Origin: Pseudomonadota bacterium
GTDB taxonomy: Bacteria > Pseudomonadota > Alphaproteobacteria > Caulobacterales > Parvularculaceae
Length of the DNA stretch: 64,000 bases
Direction of reading: 5' to 3'
Assembly (NCBI GenBank): GCA_039197915.1
Contig: JBCCTV010000001.1
Location: 5,140 to 69,139, forward strand
Shown here: in pieces, positions 50,054 through 59,662 of the stretch
How positions within the stretch are numbered: the stretch's first letter is position 1
Layout: each line of letters begins with the position of its first letter
The notes under the pieces: model-generated
Seen by the model: the letters and a program-made list of their open reading frames with translations, nothing else
Told to the model about the DNA's origin: nothing
Database searches by the model: none
Position numbers and translations under genes: made by a program

Positions 50054-50701
50054 TCAAAGAGTGACGGAATAATAAAGGAGCCCGCCTTTTCGGGGCGCCC
50101 TATCGCCTGAAAAGCGATCGCTATCACCTGAAAAGCGTGCGTCATCGCCTGAAAACCCGGCCTCATTGCCCGAAAACAGAGTTTGCCCGTCAAAAGCCGC
50201 GGGCGAGGACCGCCGACGCCAAGCATCCTGCGATGAAACGGGTCGCCAGCCTTGGGCCTCATAGAACCGGATCGCTCGGGCGTTGATGGGCGTCACGTTC
50301 AGCATGGCTTCGTCATAGCCTGCGGCGCGCAGGGCGTCCCGTGCGTAATCATCAAGCACGCCGCCAAAGCCGTAGCCCCGCCGATCTTCACGGACATAAA
50401 GGTGATGGACGCAGCCAATCGCCGGGTTCTTCGCGTCGGCCCCTAAGACGACAAAGCCGATATCCTGGTTTTCGTGGGTCATTATTGCGGCAAAGCCCGG
50501 GTCGCGGTCTGCGCAGCGTGCAATCCAGACCGGAAAACGCACGCCATAGGGCCCATAATCCCGATAAAACGCGGCAGTCGATCCGGTGCTCGCGATATAA
50601 AGCCCGGCGCCGAAAGCAATAAGCGTGCGGCGGTCAGCGTCCGGCGAGGCTGGTCGAAACGCAATATTGCGCCGGAAAAGCTGTGGAGCGGTTTCGGTCA
50701 T
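50054..50701 (-). CDS. GNAT-family N-acetyltransferase with a C-terminal heptapeptide tandem repeat
   Basis: The ORF is open from TTG 50722, but ATG 50701 (MTETAPQLF..) is preferred. The acetyl-CoA-binding-like segment is VREDRRGYGFGGVLDDYARDALRAAG (R/Q-x-x-G-x-G/A type). The C-terminus reads FSGNEAG-FSGDDAR-FSGDSDR-FSGDRAP. Confidence 0.7.
   Translation of the reverse strand: MTETAPQLFRRNIAFRPASPDADRRTLIAFGAGLYIASTGSTAAFYRDYGPYGVRFPVWIARCADRDPGFAAIMTHENQDIGFVVLGADAKNPAIGCVHHLYVREDRRGYGFGGVLDDYARDALRAAGYDEAMLNVTPINARAIRFYEAQGWRPVSSQDAWRRRSSPAAFDGQTLFSGNEAGFSGDDARFSGDSDRFSGDRAPRKGGLLYYSVTL
50102..50185. repeat. Tandem repeat, 21 bp x 4, in frame within the GNAT 3' end
   Basis: Read directly: atcgcctgaaaagcgatcgct / atcacctgaaaagcgtgcgtc / atcgcctgaaaacccggcctc / attgcccgaaaacagagtttg. 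Confidence 0.85.
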
Positions 50702-50913
50702 TTCACCGTCCTTTCCCTGCAACGATAGACTTGCTGCAGCGCAAAAACCAGTAAATTGCGACGCCTCAACGCAGGTTAATAAATGGCCGCGTTTGGCCGC
50801 GTTCTGTTCGATCAGCGCGCGCCCGCCTGCCTGTTAGCCTACTTGTCCCTTTGCTTGCGGGTTGGCTTGGTTGTTTGCTTGCGCGTCGATCGGCTCGCCC
50901 TATTGTCCGGGCC

Positions 50914-52218
50914 ATGGCGCTCACTCCCTCAATCGCAGTCTTCCGCCGCCAGGCCTATCGCCGCTACTGGATCATGCGGCAGTTCGTTTCCGCCTCCCGT
51001 CAGATGACGGCCGTCGCCATCGGTTGGCAAGTTTACGACTATGCGCGCGAGACTCGATCAATTGAGGAGGCGGCCTTGTTGCTGGGGGCCGTCGGGCTGA
51101 CGCAATTTGCGCCCGTTTTGGCGCTTTCGCTGATCGGCGGACAGGCGGCCGACCGATATGATCGCAAGACCATTCTAACGCTTGGGAATTGCGCCAAGCT
51201 GATCGTCTTGCTGGCGCTTGGGTTTGCAGCGGGCGCCGAAACGAACACCGCGCTGATCATCATTTTTGCCTGTGCCGCAGCCCTCGGGGGCATCAATGCG
51301 TTCATTCCAGCGGCGAGCAACTCGCTTTACCCCAAGCTTGTGCCCCGCAGCGAACTGCCGCTCGCCATTTCCTGGAACTCGCTAGGCTTTCAGACCGCGG
51401 CCATTCTCGGACCCGCCCTCGGCGGCGCGCTTTATATTGGGGGGCCAGGCCTCGTTTACGGGGTGGCGGCCGCCATGACCGTTTGCGCCATTATCTCGAT
51501 CGCGGGCGCGAAAACCCCGGCGCACGAACCGATCGCCAATGCGCGCGGAAGCGCGATGATATTGGACGGACTTAGATATATGCGCTCAAACCGCATCGTC
51601 CTCGGCGCGATATCGCTCGACCTCGTTGTTGTGCTGTTCGGCGGCGCGACCGCTCTTCTGCCGGTCTTCGCCCGAGACATTTTAGGCGTCGGCGCCGAAG
51701 GCCTCGGCATCCTGCGGGCCGCACCCGCCCTCGGCGCGGTGCTTGTCGCCGCAACGCTCGCAAGCCGTCCGCTTACCAATCATGTGGGGCGCTGGCTCTT
51801 AGGCGCGATCGCCGTTTATGGCGTTGCGACCATCGGTTTTGGGTTATCGACCGCCTTTTGGCTTTCAATCGTTATGCTCGCGATCACCGGCGCCGCTGAC
51901 ATGATCTCTGTCTATATCCGCCAATCGCTGATCCAACTGGCGACGCCTGACGGCATGCGCGGGCGGGTATCGTCCGTCTCCTTCATTTTTATTTCAGCGT
52001 CCAATGAGCTAGGCGAATTTGAAAGCGGCGTCGCCGCCCGGTTCCTCGGCCCCGTGGGCGCGGTCCTCCTCGGGGGGTGCGTGGCGCTCGCCTGCGCCGG
52101 CCTTTGGCCAAAGCTCTTTCCGACGCTTTCCAACGCAAGCCGATTTGAAGACACACACCTTCACCAAGCCCCTAAAGCCCCACTGGAGGCCTCACCGATA
52201 AAGTCTACGTCGTTGTAA
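50914..52218 (+). CDS. MFS transporter (EntS/MFS_3-like)
   Basis: The ORF is open from 50851. ATG 50914 gives MALTPSIAVFRRQAYRRYWIMRQFVSASRQMTAVAIGWQVY, typical of this MFS subgroup. About 12 TM helices. Contains a GGQAADRYDRK loop. Confidence 0.75.
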   Translation: MALTPSIAVFRRQAYRRYWIMRQFVSASRQMTAVAIGWQVYDYARETRSIEEAALLLGAVGLTQFAPVLALSLIGGQAADRYDRKTILTLGNCAKLIVLLALGFAAGAETNTALIIIFACAAALGGINAFIPAASNSLYPKLVPRSELPLAISWNSLGFQTAAILGPALGGALYIGGPGLVYGVAAAMTVCAIISIAGAKTPAHEPIANARGSAMILDGLRYMRSNRIVLGAISLDLVVVLFGGATALLPVFARDILGVGAEGLGILRAAPALGAVLVAATLASRPLTNHVGRWLLGAIAVYGVATIGFGLSTAFWLSIVMLAITGAADMISVYIRQSLIQLATPDGMRGRVSSVSFIFISASNELGEFESGVAARFLGPVGAVLLGGCVALACAGLWPKLFPTLSNASRFEDTHLHQAPKAPLEASPIKSTSL

Positions 52219-52339
52219 AAACGGTACCCGCGTGCGCCAACTTTCGTGCTCGCTTGCCGATACCAATCGCGGCGGTCATAGTTGACCGCGTTTCTTCGGG
52301 CGTAAAAGAGCGCACAAGACTAAAGCAAACGGGGGCTTC

Positions 52340-53650
52340 ATGCAGCGGTACGGGTTTTCAACCGCGATCGCGATCATCATCGCAAATATGATCGGAACCG
52401 GAGTTTTCACGAGCCTCGGCTTTCAACTGATCGACATCAAGTCCGGCTTCGCGATTGCCGCGTTATGGACGATCGGCGGGATAATCGCCCTTTGCGGGGC
52501 GCTCTGTTACGCAGAGCTCGGCGCCGCCATCCCCCGATCCGGCGGAGAATACACCTTCCTGACACGGTGTTATCATCCGGCCGCCGGGTTTATTTCTGGG
52601 TTCGTCTCGGCGACCGTTGGGTTTGCCGCACCCATTGCCTTGGCCGCGATGACATTCGCCGCCTACGGAACATCCGTATTTGGCGATACCGTCCCGGACG
52701 CCGTTCGCCCGGCTCTCGCGTGCCTCCTCGTCCTCCTCATGGCCGTCGCTCATAGCGGCAAACGCGGCGCGAGCGGCGCGACGCAGTTGCTGTTCACGAT
52801 CTTAAAACTCGGCGTTATCATCGCCTTTTGCGTCGCGGCGCCAACGCTCGCGGACGCGTTGCAGCCCGTGCGGTTTCAGCCCGTCCCTGCGGACGCAACC
52901 GTCCTTTTAAGCGGGGCGTTCGCGGTCTCTTTGATTTATGTGAACTACGCTTTCCAAGGCTGGAACGCCGCGACCTATATCAGCGCGGAATTAGAAACGC
53001 CGCAAAAGACCGTACCCCTTGTTTTGACGATCGGGGCCCTTGTCGTTGCGACGCTTTACGTCGCCCTCAACGTTGTCTTTTTGCTCGTGGCGCCGGTTGA
53101 CGCCCTCACCGGGGAAATCGAAGTCGGCTTTATCGCCGCTGAATACGCCTTCGGACCGACGCTCGCAAAGGCGACCGGTCTCGTTATGGCGGCCCTTCTG
53201 ATCTCGACTGTCAGCGCCATGACAATTGCGGGACCACGGGTCCTCCACGCAATGGGCGAGGACTTTCGCGCCTTTCGGGTTTTGGGCGCTGTCAACGATG
53301 ACGGCATCCCGGCGCGCGCGATTTACTTGCAAGCCCTCATCGCCTGCGCGTTTATTTTAACGTCGAGCTTTGAAACCGTTTTGCTATTTGCTGGTTTTAC
53401 GCTTTCCCTGAACACATTTTTCGCCGTGCTCGGCCTACTGGTTTTGCGCGTGCGTGAACCAGGGCTTGAACGGCCTTTCAGGGCCACGCTCTATCCGGCG
53501 CCAATGATTATATTCCTGGTTCTGATGGGTTGGACGCTGGTCTTCACAGCAATCCAACGCCCGGCGGAGATCCGCTTTGCGGGCGCCGTCATCATCGTTG
53601 GATTAATTGGGTATCTGGTCAGCGGTCGTCGGCCCCGGGACAGCGATTGA
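52340..53650 (+). CDS. APC-superfamily amino acid/polyamine permease
   Basis: 436 aa with ~12 TM helices. N-terminal motif IIIANMIGTGVFTSLGF and AELGAAIPRSGGEYTF, typical of APC permeases. Confidence 0.75.
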   Translation: MQRYGFSTAIAIIIANMIGTGVFTSLGFQLIDIKSGFAIAALWTIGGIIALCGALCYAELGAAIPRSGGEYTFLTRCYHPAAGFISGFVSATVGFAAPIALAAMTFAAYGTSVFGDTVPDAVRPALACLLVLLMAVAHSGKRGASGATQLLFTILKLGVIIAFCVAAPTLADALQPVRFQPVPADATVLLSGAFAVSLIYVNYAFQGWNAATYISAELETPQKTVPLVLTIGALVVATLYVALNVVFLLVAPVDALTGEIEVGFIAAEYAFGPTLAKATGLVMAALLISTVSAMTIAGPRVLHAMGEDFRAFRVLGAVNDDGIPARAIYLQALIACAFILTSSFETVLLFAGFTLSLNTFFAVLGLLVLRVREPGLERPFRATLYPAPMIIFLVLMGWTLVFTAIQRPAEIRFAGAVIIVGLIGYLVSGRRPRDSD

Positions 53651-53900
53651 CCCCAAGAAAACGCGCTTAGGCGGTGCGTATGTTGACGATCATGTTGATT
53701 GGATCAGCGCTTAGGGTGGCGTATTGGGGAGCGCCAGAAACGGGCCGACATCACTTGCGCTCAAGGCAGCTGCACGGGAATTAACCCGTCGGCGCCGAGG
53801 GGCGCCATCTAACGCTTAAGAAATTGATCTTGGGACAGAGAGAAATGTAATCAGCTTGCATACGTTTATTTCGCCATCGCTTTTTTTGGGGCGCGCATCG

Positions 53901-54007
53901 CTAGTGCAACTTCGCATCAATCTGAACCGCTTCGTTGCTCCAGGTTTTTGTTTTGTCGCGTTTTCTTACGCCCAACCGACGCCCACTTGGTCGGAAAAGC
54001 TCTAGCG
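53901..54007 (-). repeat. Intergenic repeat family, copy B (inverted relative to copy A)
   Basis: The reverse complement reads cgctagagcttttccgaccaagtgggcgtcggttgggcgtaagaaaacgcgacaaaacaaaaacctggagcaacgaagcggttcagattgatgcgaagttgcactag, which aligns along its whole length with 45147-45255. A 13-nt fragment, ccaagaaaacgcg, recurs at 53652-53664. Confidence 0.8.
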
Positions 54008-54067
54008 CCGAAAACCGTTGTTTGCTTTTTCACGCGATCCCATGAAGGCCCAAACTTCAGACGGCGA

Positions 54068-55210
54068 TTAAGCGTCTGTCATTGAATCCCAAAAGGTCTT
54101 TGCACGTTCAAAGAAGTTCTTTGACTGCGGGCAATTATCCGATCCGCCGGCTTCGCAAAATTCCCGTAGAAGCTCTTTTTGGCGCGCCGTTAAACCAACG
54201 GGCGTTTCCACCTGAATTTCGACAAAAAGATCGCCCCGCCCTTTTTGGTTCAAGCGAGACATGCCCTTGCCGCGGACGCGGAAGCGCTTACCGGCTTGCG
54301 CCCCCTCCGGCACTTGTATTTTGACCCGGCCGCCATCAATCGTCGGCGCCTCGAGCGAGCCGCCAAGGGCCGCGGTCGTCATTGGAAGCGGCAGTGAGCA
54401 GTAGAGGTCTTGTCCGTCGCGCTCAAAAAGATCGTGGTCGCCAACTTCGATGAAAATATAGAGATCCCCGGCTGGGCCGCCGAGAGGGCCCGCCTCGCCC
54501 TCGCCCGCAAGACGAATGCGTGTTCCGTCTTCTATCCCGGCGGGGATGTCTACCTTCAGTGTGCGCTCTTTGATCACGCGCCCAGTCCCGCCGCAATCCT
54601 CACACGGATCGGTGATCACGCGTCCGGATCCGCCGCAATCGGGACACGTCCGCTCGATCGTGAAGAAGCCCTGTTGCATTCGCACACGCCCAGAGCCCTG
54701 GCAGGTCTGGCATGTCACCGGCCCAGACCCTGGTTTTGCGCCTGACCCGCCGCAGGTTTCGCACGTCACCGAGCCGGGGACGACAACTTCCGCCGATTTT
54801 CCAGCGAACGCTTCCTCCAGGGTAATCCGTAGGGCGTATTTTAAATCAGCCCCGCGGCCGGGACCCGAACGCCTGGCGCCAGCGCGCCCGCCCATGAACT
54901 CGCCGAAAATGTCGTCGAAAATGTCTGAAAAAGCAGCCGAACTAAACCCGGCGCCGCCGCCCCCGCCAGCGCCGTTCATCCCGCCATTGACAAACGCATC
55001 GTGTCCGAACCGGTCGTACGCCGCGCGCTTTTGCGGGTCCGATAGGACTTCGTACGCTTCGTTTAGTTCTTTGAATTTTTTCTCCGCACCAGGATCATCC
55101 GGGTTACGGTCCGGATGGTACTTCATCGCGGCCTTGCGAAAGGCCGATTTTAGCGCCGACGCGTCCGCGCCGCGTTCAACCCCAAGCGTTGAGTAGAAGT
55201 CTTCAGCCAT
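54068..55210 (-). CDS. dnaJ: Molecular chaperone DnaJ
   Basis: J domain (DFYSTLGV...[10 protein letters not shown]). G/F-rich linker. Four CxxCxGxG zinc-finger repeats ([32 protein letters not shown]). Confidence 0.97.
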   Translation of the reverse strand: MAEDFYSTLGVERGADASALKSAFRKAAMKYHPDRNPDDPGAEKKFKELNEAYEVLSDPQKRAAYDRFGHDAFVNGGMNGAGGGGGAGFSSAAFSDIFDDIFGEFMGGRAGARRSGPGRGADLKYALRITLEEAFAGKSAEVVVPGSVTCETCGGSGAKPGSGPVTCQTCQGSGRVRMQQGFFTIERTCPDCGGSGRVITDPCEDCGGTGRVIKERTLKVDIPAGIEDGTRIRLAGEGEAGPLGGPAGDLYIFIEVGDHDLFERDGQDLYCSLPLPMTTAALGGSLEAPTIDGGRVKIQVPEGAQAGKRFRVRGKGMSRLNQKGRGDLFVEIQVETPVGLTARQKELLREFCEAGGSDNCPQSKNFFERAKTFWDSMTDA

Positions 55211-55281
55211 CAGCCTCTTTGCGCCCCGCTTTCGCTTCGCAGATTAGTCGACCCAACGCACGCACCGCAATGCGCACCGCC

Positions 55282-55593
55282 TTACGAATATTGTTCGTGA
55301 AAGACCCGATGGTTCAGGGCCTTGTCCTCCTTACCCAGAAGAAATTTATCATCTTCCGGATAATACTTGGCCTTCGACGGGTCGGCCCCGGCGAAGCGCG
55401 CAACGGCCTCTTCGTCGCGCCAAACCGTCACCAGCAAAAAATGAGAAACCTCGCCCTCGTCGCGTCGGGTGAATACGAGTTTCAGGAGCCCATCAACCGA
55501 GGCGTAATCGGGCGCCGCACGCTCCCGCATGAACGTTTCATAGGCATCGCCATCAGCGCGACGCGTTTCGCCATGCCAAGTGCGCAGGATCAT
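55282..55593 (-). CDS. Small ABM/Dabb-like (antibiotic biosynthesis monooxygenase fold) protein inserted between dnaK and dnaJ
   Basis: 103 aa: MILRTWHGETRRADGDAYETFMRER...FLLVTVWRDEEAVARFAG. The size and the ..W.s.eA...f.. pattern resemble ABM-domain proteins. The assignment is tentative. Confidence 0.45.
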   Translation of the reverse strand: MILRTWHGETRRADGDAYETFMRERAAPDYASVDGLLKLVFTRRDEGEVSHFLLVTVWRDEEAVARFAGADPSKAKYYPEDDKFLLGKEDKALNHRVFHEQYS

Positions 55594-55679
55594 GAGCGGC
55601 CTCCCGATACGCAGGCTGGGTCGACGGTTGGGTTGGCGAAAATGCTAACTAAACGCCTTCGCCAACCCGCGCCTGTCGC

Positions 55680-57608
55680 TTAGTCTTTTTTCTCGCCGTC
55701 GACTTCTTCAAAGTCGGCGTCGACGACGTTGTCATCCCCAGCGTCGTCGCCACCGGCAGCATCAGCGCCGAGGTCACCGGGGTCGCCGGCGTCTCCAGCT
55801 TGGGCGCTATACATGGCCTCGCCGAGTTTCATCGACGCGGTGAGAAGAGCCTGCTGCCCGTTGTTGAGAGCCTCGACATCGGCGTCTTCGTTGCTGAGCG
55901 TTTCACGAAGGGACGCGAGCGCATCTTCGATGGCTTTGCGTTCCTCTTCGGAGACTTTGTCGCCGTGCTCTTTAAGCGCCGTTTCAGTTTGGTGCGCCGT
56001 CGCTTCCGCCTGGTTACGCGCCTCGACAACCGCGCGGCGTTCTTTATCCGCCTCGGCGTTTGCTTCGGCGTCTTTCACCATTTGCTCGATATCGTCGTCC
56101 GACAATCCGCCAGAGGCCTGGATCCGGATCGATTGCTCTTTGTTCGTCGCTTTGTCTTTCGCCGAGACGTTGACGATGCCATTGGCGTCAATGTCGAAGG
56201 TGACCTCAACCTGGGGGACGCCCCGGGGCGCGGGCGGAATACCGACGAGGTCAAACTGGCCGAGCAATTTATTGTCCGCGGCCATTTCACGCTCGCCCTG
56301 GAAGACGCGGATGGTCACAGCGGATTGGTTATCCTCAGCCGTTGAAAAGACCTGGCTCTTCTTTGTTGGAATGGTCGTGTTGCGGTCGATCAAACGCGTG
56401 AAGACGCCGCCTAGGGTCTCGATACCCAGAGAAAGCGGGGTGACGTCGAGCAGAAGCACGTCCTTCACGTCGCCTTGCAACACGCCCGCCTGGATCGCCG
56501 CGCCGAGCGCCACCACTTCGTCCGGGTTCACGCCTTTATGGGGCTCTTTACCGAAGAACTGCTTCACGGTCTCTTGCACTTTAGGCATCCGCGTCATGCC
56601 GCCAACAAGCACCACATCGTCAATATCACCCGGCGACAGGCCAGCGTCTTTGAGCGCCGCCTTACACGGATCAACCGTCCGCTTCACGAGATCGCCAACG
56701 AGGCTTTCAAGCTTTGCGCGCGAGAGCTTCATGTTTAGGTGCTTCGGTCCGGAAGCGTCTGCGGTGATAAACGGCAGGTTCACTTCATACTGGGAGGTTG
56801 ATGAAAGCTCTTTCTTCGCCTTCTCGGCCTCTTCCTTCAGGCGCTGCAAGGCAAGCTTGTCTTTGCGCAGATCAATGCCTTGGTCTTTATTAAATTCATC
56901 CGCAAGGTAATCAACGATGCGCAGATCGAAGTCTTCGCCGCCGAGAAATGTGTCGCCGTTGGTTGCTAAAACTTCAAAAACGCCGTCGCCAATTTCTAGG
57001 ATCGAGATATCAAAAGTGCCGCCGCCAAGGTCGTAGACGGCGATCTTCTGGCCTTCTTTGCGATCAAGGCCATAGGCGAGCGCTGCGGCCGTCGGCTCGT
57101 TGATGATCCGCAGGACATCAAGCCCGGCAATTTTACCCGCGTCTTTTGTCGCCTGGCGCTGGGCGTCGTTAAAGTAGGCGGGAACCGTGATCACCGCCTG
57201 CTCGACCGTCTCGCCGAGATAGGCCTCGGCGGTTTCCTTCATTTTCTGAAGAACAAAAGCTGAGATTTGCGACGGCGCATATTTTTCGCCGCGCGAGGAG
57301 ACCCAGGCGTCGCCATTCTCCGCCTCAACAATTTCATACGGCACCATGCCTTTGTCTTTGGAGACGGTCGGGTCTTTAAACGGGCGGCCGATCAGGCGTT
57401 TGATCGCGAAGAATGTGTTTTCCGGATTGGTGACGGCCTGGCGCTTGGCGGGCTGCCCGATCAGGCGCTCACCGTCTTCTGAAAACGCAACGACCGACGG
57501 GGTCGTGCGCGCGCCCTCGGCGTTCTCGATAACCTTTGGCTCTTTGCCTTCCATCACGGCGACGCATGAGTTCGTCGTCCCGAGGTCGATACCAATTACC
57601 TTCGCCAT
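55680..57608 (-). CDS. dnaK: Molecular chaperone DnaK (Hsp70)
   Basis: 642 aa. Begins [21 protein letters not shown], with [12 protein letters not shown] and [12 protein letters not shown] signatures. Confidence 0.98.
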   Translation of the reverse strand: MAKVIGIDLGTTNSCVAVMEGKEPKVIENAEGARTTPSVVAFSEDGERLIGQPAKRQAVTNPENTFFAIKRLIGRPFKDPTVSKDKGMVPYEIVEAENGDAWVSSRGEKYAPSQISAFVLQKMKETAEAYLGETVEQAVITVPAYFNDAQRQATKDAGKIAGLDVLRIINEPTAAALAYGLDRKEGQKIAVYDLGGGTFDISILEIGDGVFEVLATNGDTFLGGEDFDLRIVDYLADEFNKDQGIDLRKDKLALQRLKEEAEKAKKELSSTSQYEVNLPFITADASGPKHLNMKLSRAKLESLVGDLVKRTVDPCKAALKDAGLSPGDIDDVVLVGGMTRMPKVQETVKQFFGKEPHKGVNPDEVVALGAAIQAGVLQGDVKDVLLLDVTPLSLGIETLGGVFTRLIDRNTTIPTKKSQVFSTAEDNQSAVTIRVFQGEREMAADNKLLGQFDLVGIPPAPRGVPQVEVTFDIDANGIVNVSAKDKATNKEQSIRIQASGGLSDDDIEQMVKDAEANAEADKERRAVVEARNQAEATAHQTETALKEHGDKVSEEERKAIEDALASLRETLSNEDADVEALNNGQQALLTASMKLGEAMYSAQAGDAGDPGDLGADAAGGDDAGDDNVVDADFEEVDGEKKD

Positions 57609-57823
57609 CTACTTATCTTCTCCTTTGCCCAGCGAGCCGGTCCATTAAGCGGGGCCTTCCCCATCGCATTTAAGATCCAGCGGGGTAATCCCGACTGGAC
57701 GACTTTCTAGACGCGATCGGACGAAATAAGCGCGCCCGCACGGCCAGCTCCTGTCTGGTCTTTTGACCGATTTACCGTAGTGAAAACCTCGCCGCCGAAT
57801 GGCCAGCGCAGCGTTCGAACGCG

Positions 57824-57852
57824 ATATATGCAGAGGCGACGGGGCCTGCAAC
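57824..57852 (-). promoter_or_regulatory. Candidate RpoH (sigma32)-type promoter upstream of dnaK
   Basis: The minus strand reads GTTGCA-N15-CATATAT (gttgcaggccccgtcgcctctgcatatat). This is close to the CTTG-N16-17-CYTATNT heat-shock consensus used in Alphaproteobacteria. It would imply a ~215-nt leader. The match is weak and unverified. Confidence 0.25.
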
Positions 57853-58025
57853 ATCCGCCAGCGGAAACTCGCAGGGAAATTTCGCCCCGTTGTGATTGTT
57901 TATCCGATTGACGGCGATTTTCCTTGAAATCGCGACGACGTTTTGGCTGCGCACCTATTTGGACTTGCATTCGTTCGTTGTTTGTTCCATTGTCGCGACA
58001 TTCTGTCTGCAGAGGGAGCGCGCTC

Positions 58026-59606
58026 ATGGTCGCCGAAATCGCCACTTTTGCTTTTCACGGGATCGACGCGCGCATCGTCACCGTGCAGGTGCAGATCACG
58101 GGCGGGGCAAACGCCTTCACGATTGTGGGGCTGCCGGACAAAGCCGTGTCTGAGGCGCGCGAGCGGGTGCGCGCGGCACTCGCCGCCGTTGGGCTCGGGC
58201 TGCCGGCAAAACGCGTCACCGTCAGCCTGGCGCCGGCCGACCTGCCAAAAATGGGCGGCCACTTTGACCTGCCGATCGCCCTTGGCCTGATGGCTGAGAT
58301 GGGCGCCTGCCCGCGGGACGCCATTGATGGTTTTGCCGCCATGGGCGAACTCCGGCTGGACGGATCAATTGCCGACGTGACCGGCGTCTTGCCGGGCGCC
58401 GTTGCAGCGAACGCCGAAGGCCTCGGGCTAATCTGTCCCCAAGGGAATGGACCGGAAGCGGCCTGGGCGAACGGCGATACGGAAATCCTGGCGCCCAAAA
58501 GCCTGATCCAAATCGTTAATCACTTTAAAGGCGCGCAACTTCTAACCAGACCCGAGCCAGGAGCCCTGGAGAGCGGCGCAAAAGCCCCTGACCTGCGCGA
58601 TGTCCGCGGGCAACACCAGGCCCGGCGCGCCCTAGAGGTGGCGGCCGCCGGCGGACATAATCTCTTAATGGTAGGCCCGCCGGGCTCCGGGAAATCGATG
58701 CTCGCCGCACGCCTGCCCGGCATATTGCCGCCAATGTCGCCTGCCGAAACGCTTGACGTCTCCATGGTGCATTCGATGGCGGGGTTTGTTGAAAAAGGAC
58801 GGCTCACCCGGGCGCGCCCCTTCCGCACGCCCCACCACTCGGCGTCAATGGCGGCGATGGTCGGCGGCGGGGCCTTCGTGCGCCCTGGCGAGGCGGCGCT
58901 CGCCCACCGCGGAGTGCTTTTCTTGGATGAATTGCCGGAGTTTTCAGCGCCGGTGCTCGACAGCTTGCGCCAACCCCTCGAGACGGGTGATGTCATGATC
59001 GCCCGCGCGAATGCGCGCATTCGCTTCCCGGCGCGGTTTCAGTTGGTCGCCGCCATGAACCCCTGTCGATGCGGCTACGGGGCGGCAAGCGGCCGAGCCT
59101 GCAAGCGCGGACGGGCCTGCGAAGCGGCCTACCAGGCGCGAATTTCAGGGCCGCTGCTCGACCGCTTAGACCTTGCGATTACCCTCGCCCCGGTGCCAGC
59201 GACCGACCTTTTAACGCCGGCCAATGGGGAGCCGAGCGCTCAAGTGGCAAGGCGGGTGGAGGCCGCAAGGGCCGCGCAAAGGGAGCGGTCGGCGGACCTC
59301 GGGCCAACTGCGACCGCTGAGACACTGAACGCGTTTTTGACCGACGAGGCGCTTGCGCGCGTTGCAACGCCGGACGCCGCGGGCACCGCGATCCTTGCCC
59401 AGGCGGTGGAAACCTTTGGCCTTTCAGCGCGCGCCTATTTCCGAATTTTGCGCGTCGCCCGGACGCTCGCCGACCTCGAAGGGGCGACAGCCCTCAAACG
59501 CCGCCATGTGGCAGAGGCGATCGCTTACCGGCAGCGCAGCGCATTATCCGAAAAACCTGCGTCCGAAAAAACAGTGCATGAACCAACGGTTAACCATGCC
59601 GCCTAA
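58026..59606 (+). CDS. comM: YifB/ComM-family Mg-chelatase-like AAA+ ATPase
   Basis: The ORF is open from 57924. ATG 58026 gives MVAEIATFAFHGIDARIVTVQVQI.., the standard family N-terminus. Walker A MVGPPGSGKSMLA, Walker B VLFLDELPEF, and a C-terminal ChlI-like domain. Confidence 0.9.
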   Translation: MVAEIATFAFHGIDARIVTVQVQITGGANAFTIVGLPDKAVSEARERVRAALAAVGLGLPAKRVTVSLAPADLPKMGGHFDLPIALGLMAEMGACPRDAIDGFAAMGELRLDGSIADVTGVLPGAVAANAEGLGLICPQGNGPEAAWANGDTEILAPKSLIQIVNHFKGAQLLTRPEPGALESGAKAPDLRDVRGQHQARRALEVAAAGGHNLLMVGPPGSGKSMLAARLPGILPPMSPAETLDVSMVHSMAGFVEKGRLTRARPFRTPHHSASMAAMVGGGAFVRPGEAALAHRGVLFLDELPEFSAPVLDSLRQPLETGDVMIARANARIRFPARFQLVAAMNPCRCGYGAASGRACKRGRACEAAYQARISGPLLDRLDLAITLAPVPATDLLTPANGEPSAQVARRVEAARAAQRERSADLGPTATAETLNAFLTDEALARVATPDAAGTAILAQAVETFGLSARAYFRILRVARTLADLEGATALKRRHVAEAIAYRQRSALSEKPASEKTVHEPTVNHAA

Positions 59607-59662
59607 CGGCGTGTTATCGCTCGTCATCTACCGTCCCAGCGGAAACGATTGGGACGGAAACA

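Noticed and set aside
54516-56910. Long plus-strand ORFs 54516-55196 (226 aa) and 55729-56910 (393 aa)
   Set aside because: They are antisense to dnaJ and dnaK, whose identity is unambiguous.
57923-57960. CTTGAAA ... CCTATTT upstream of comM, resembling a sigma32 promoter
   Set aside because: The spacer between CTTG and CCTAT is 27 nt, against the expected ~16-18 nt.
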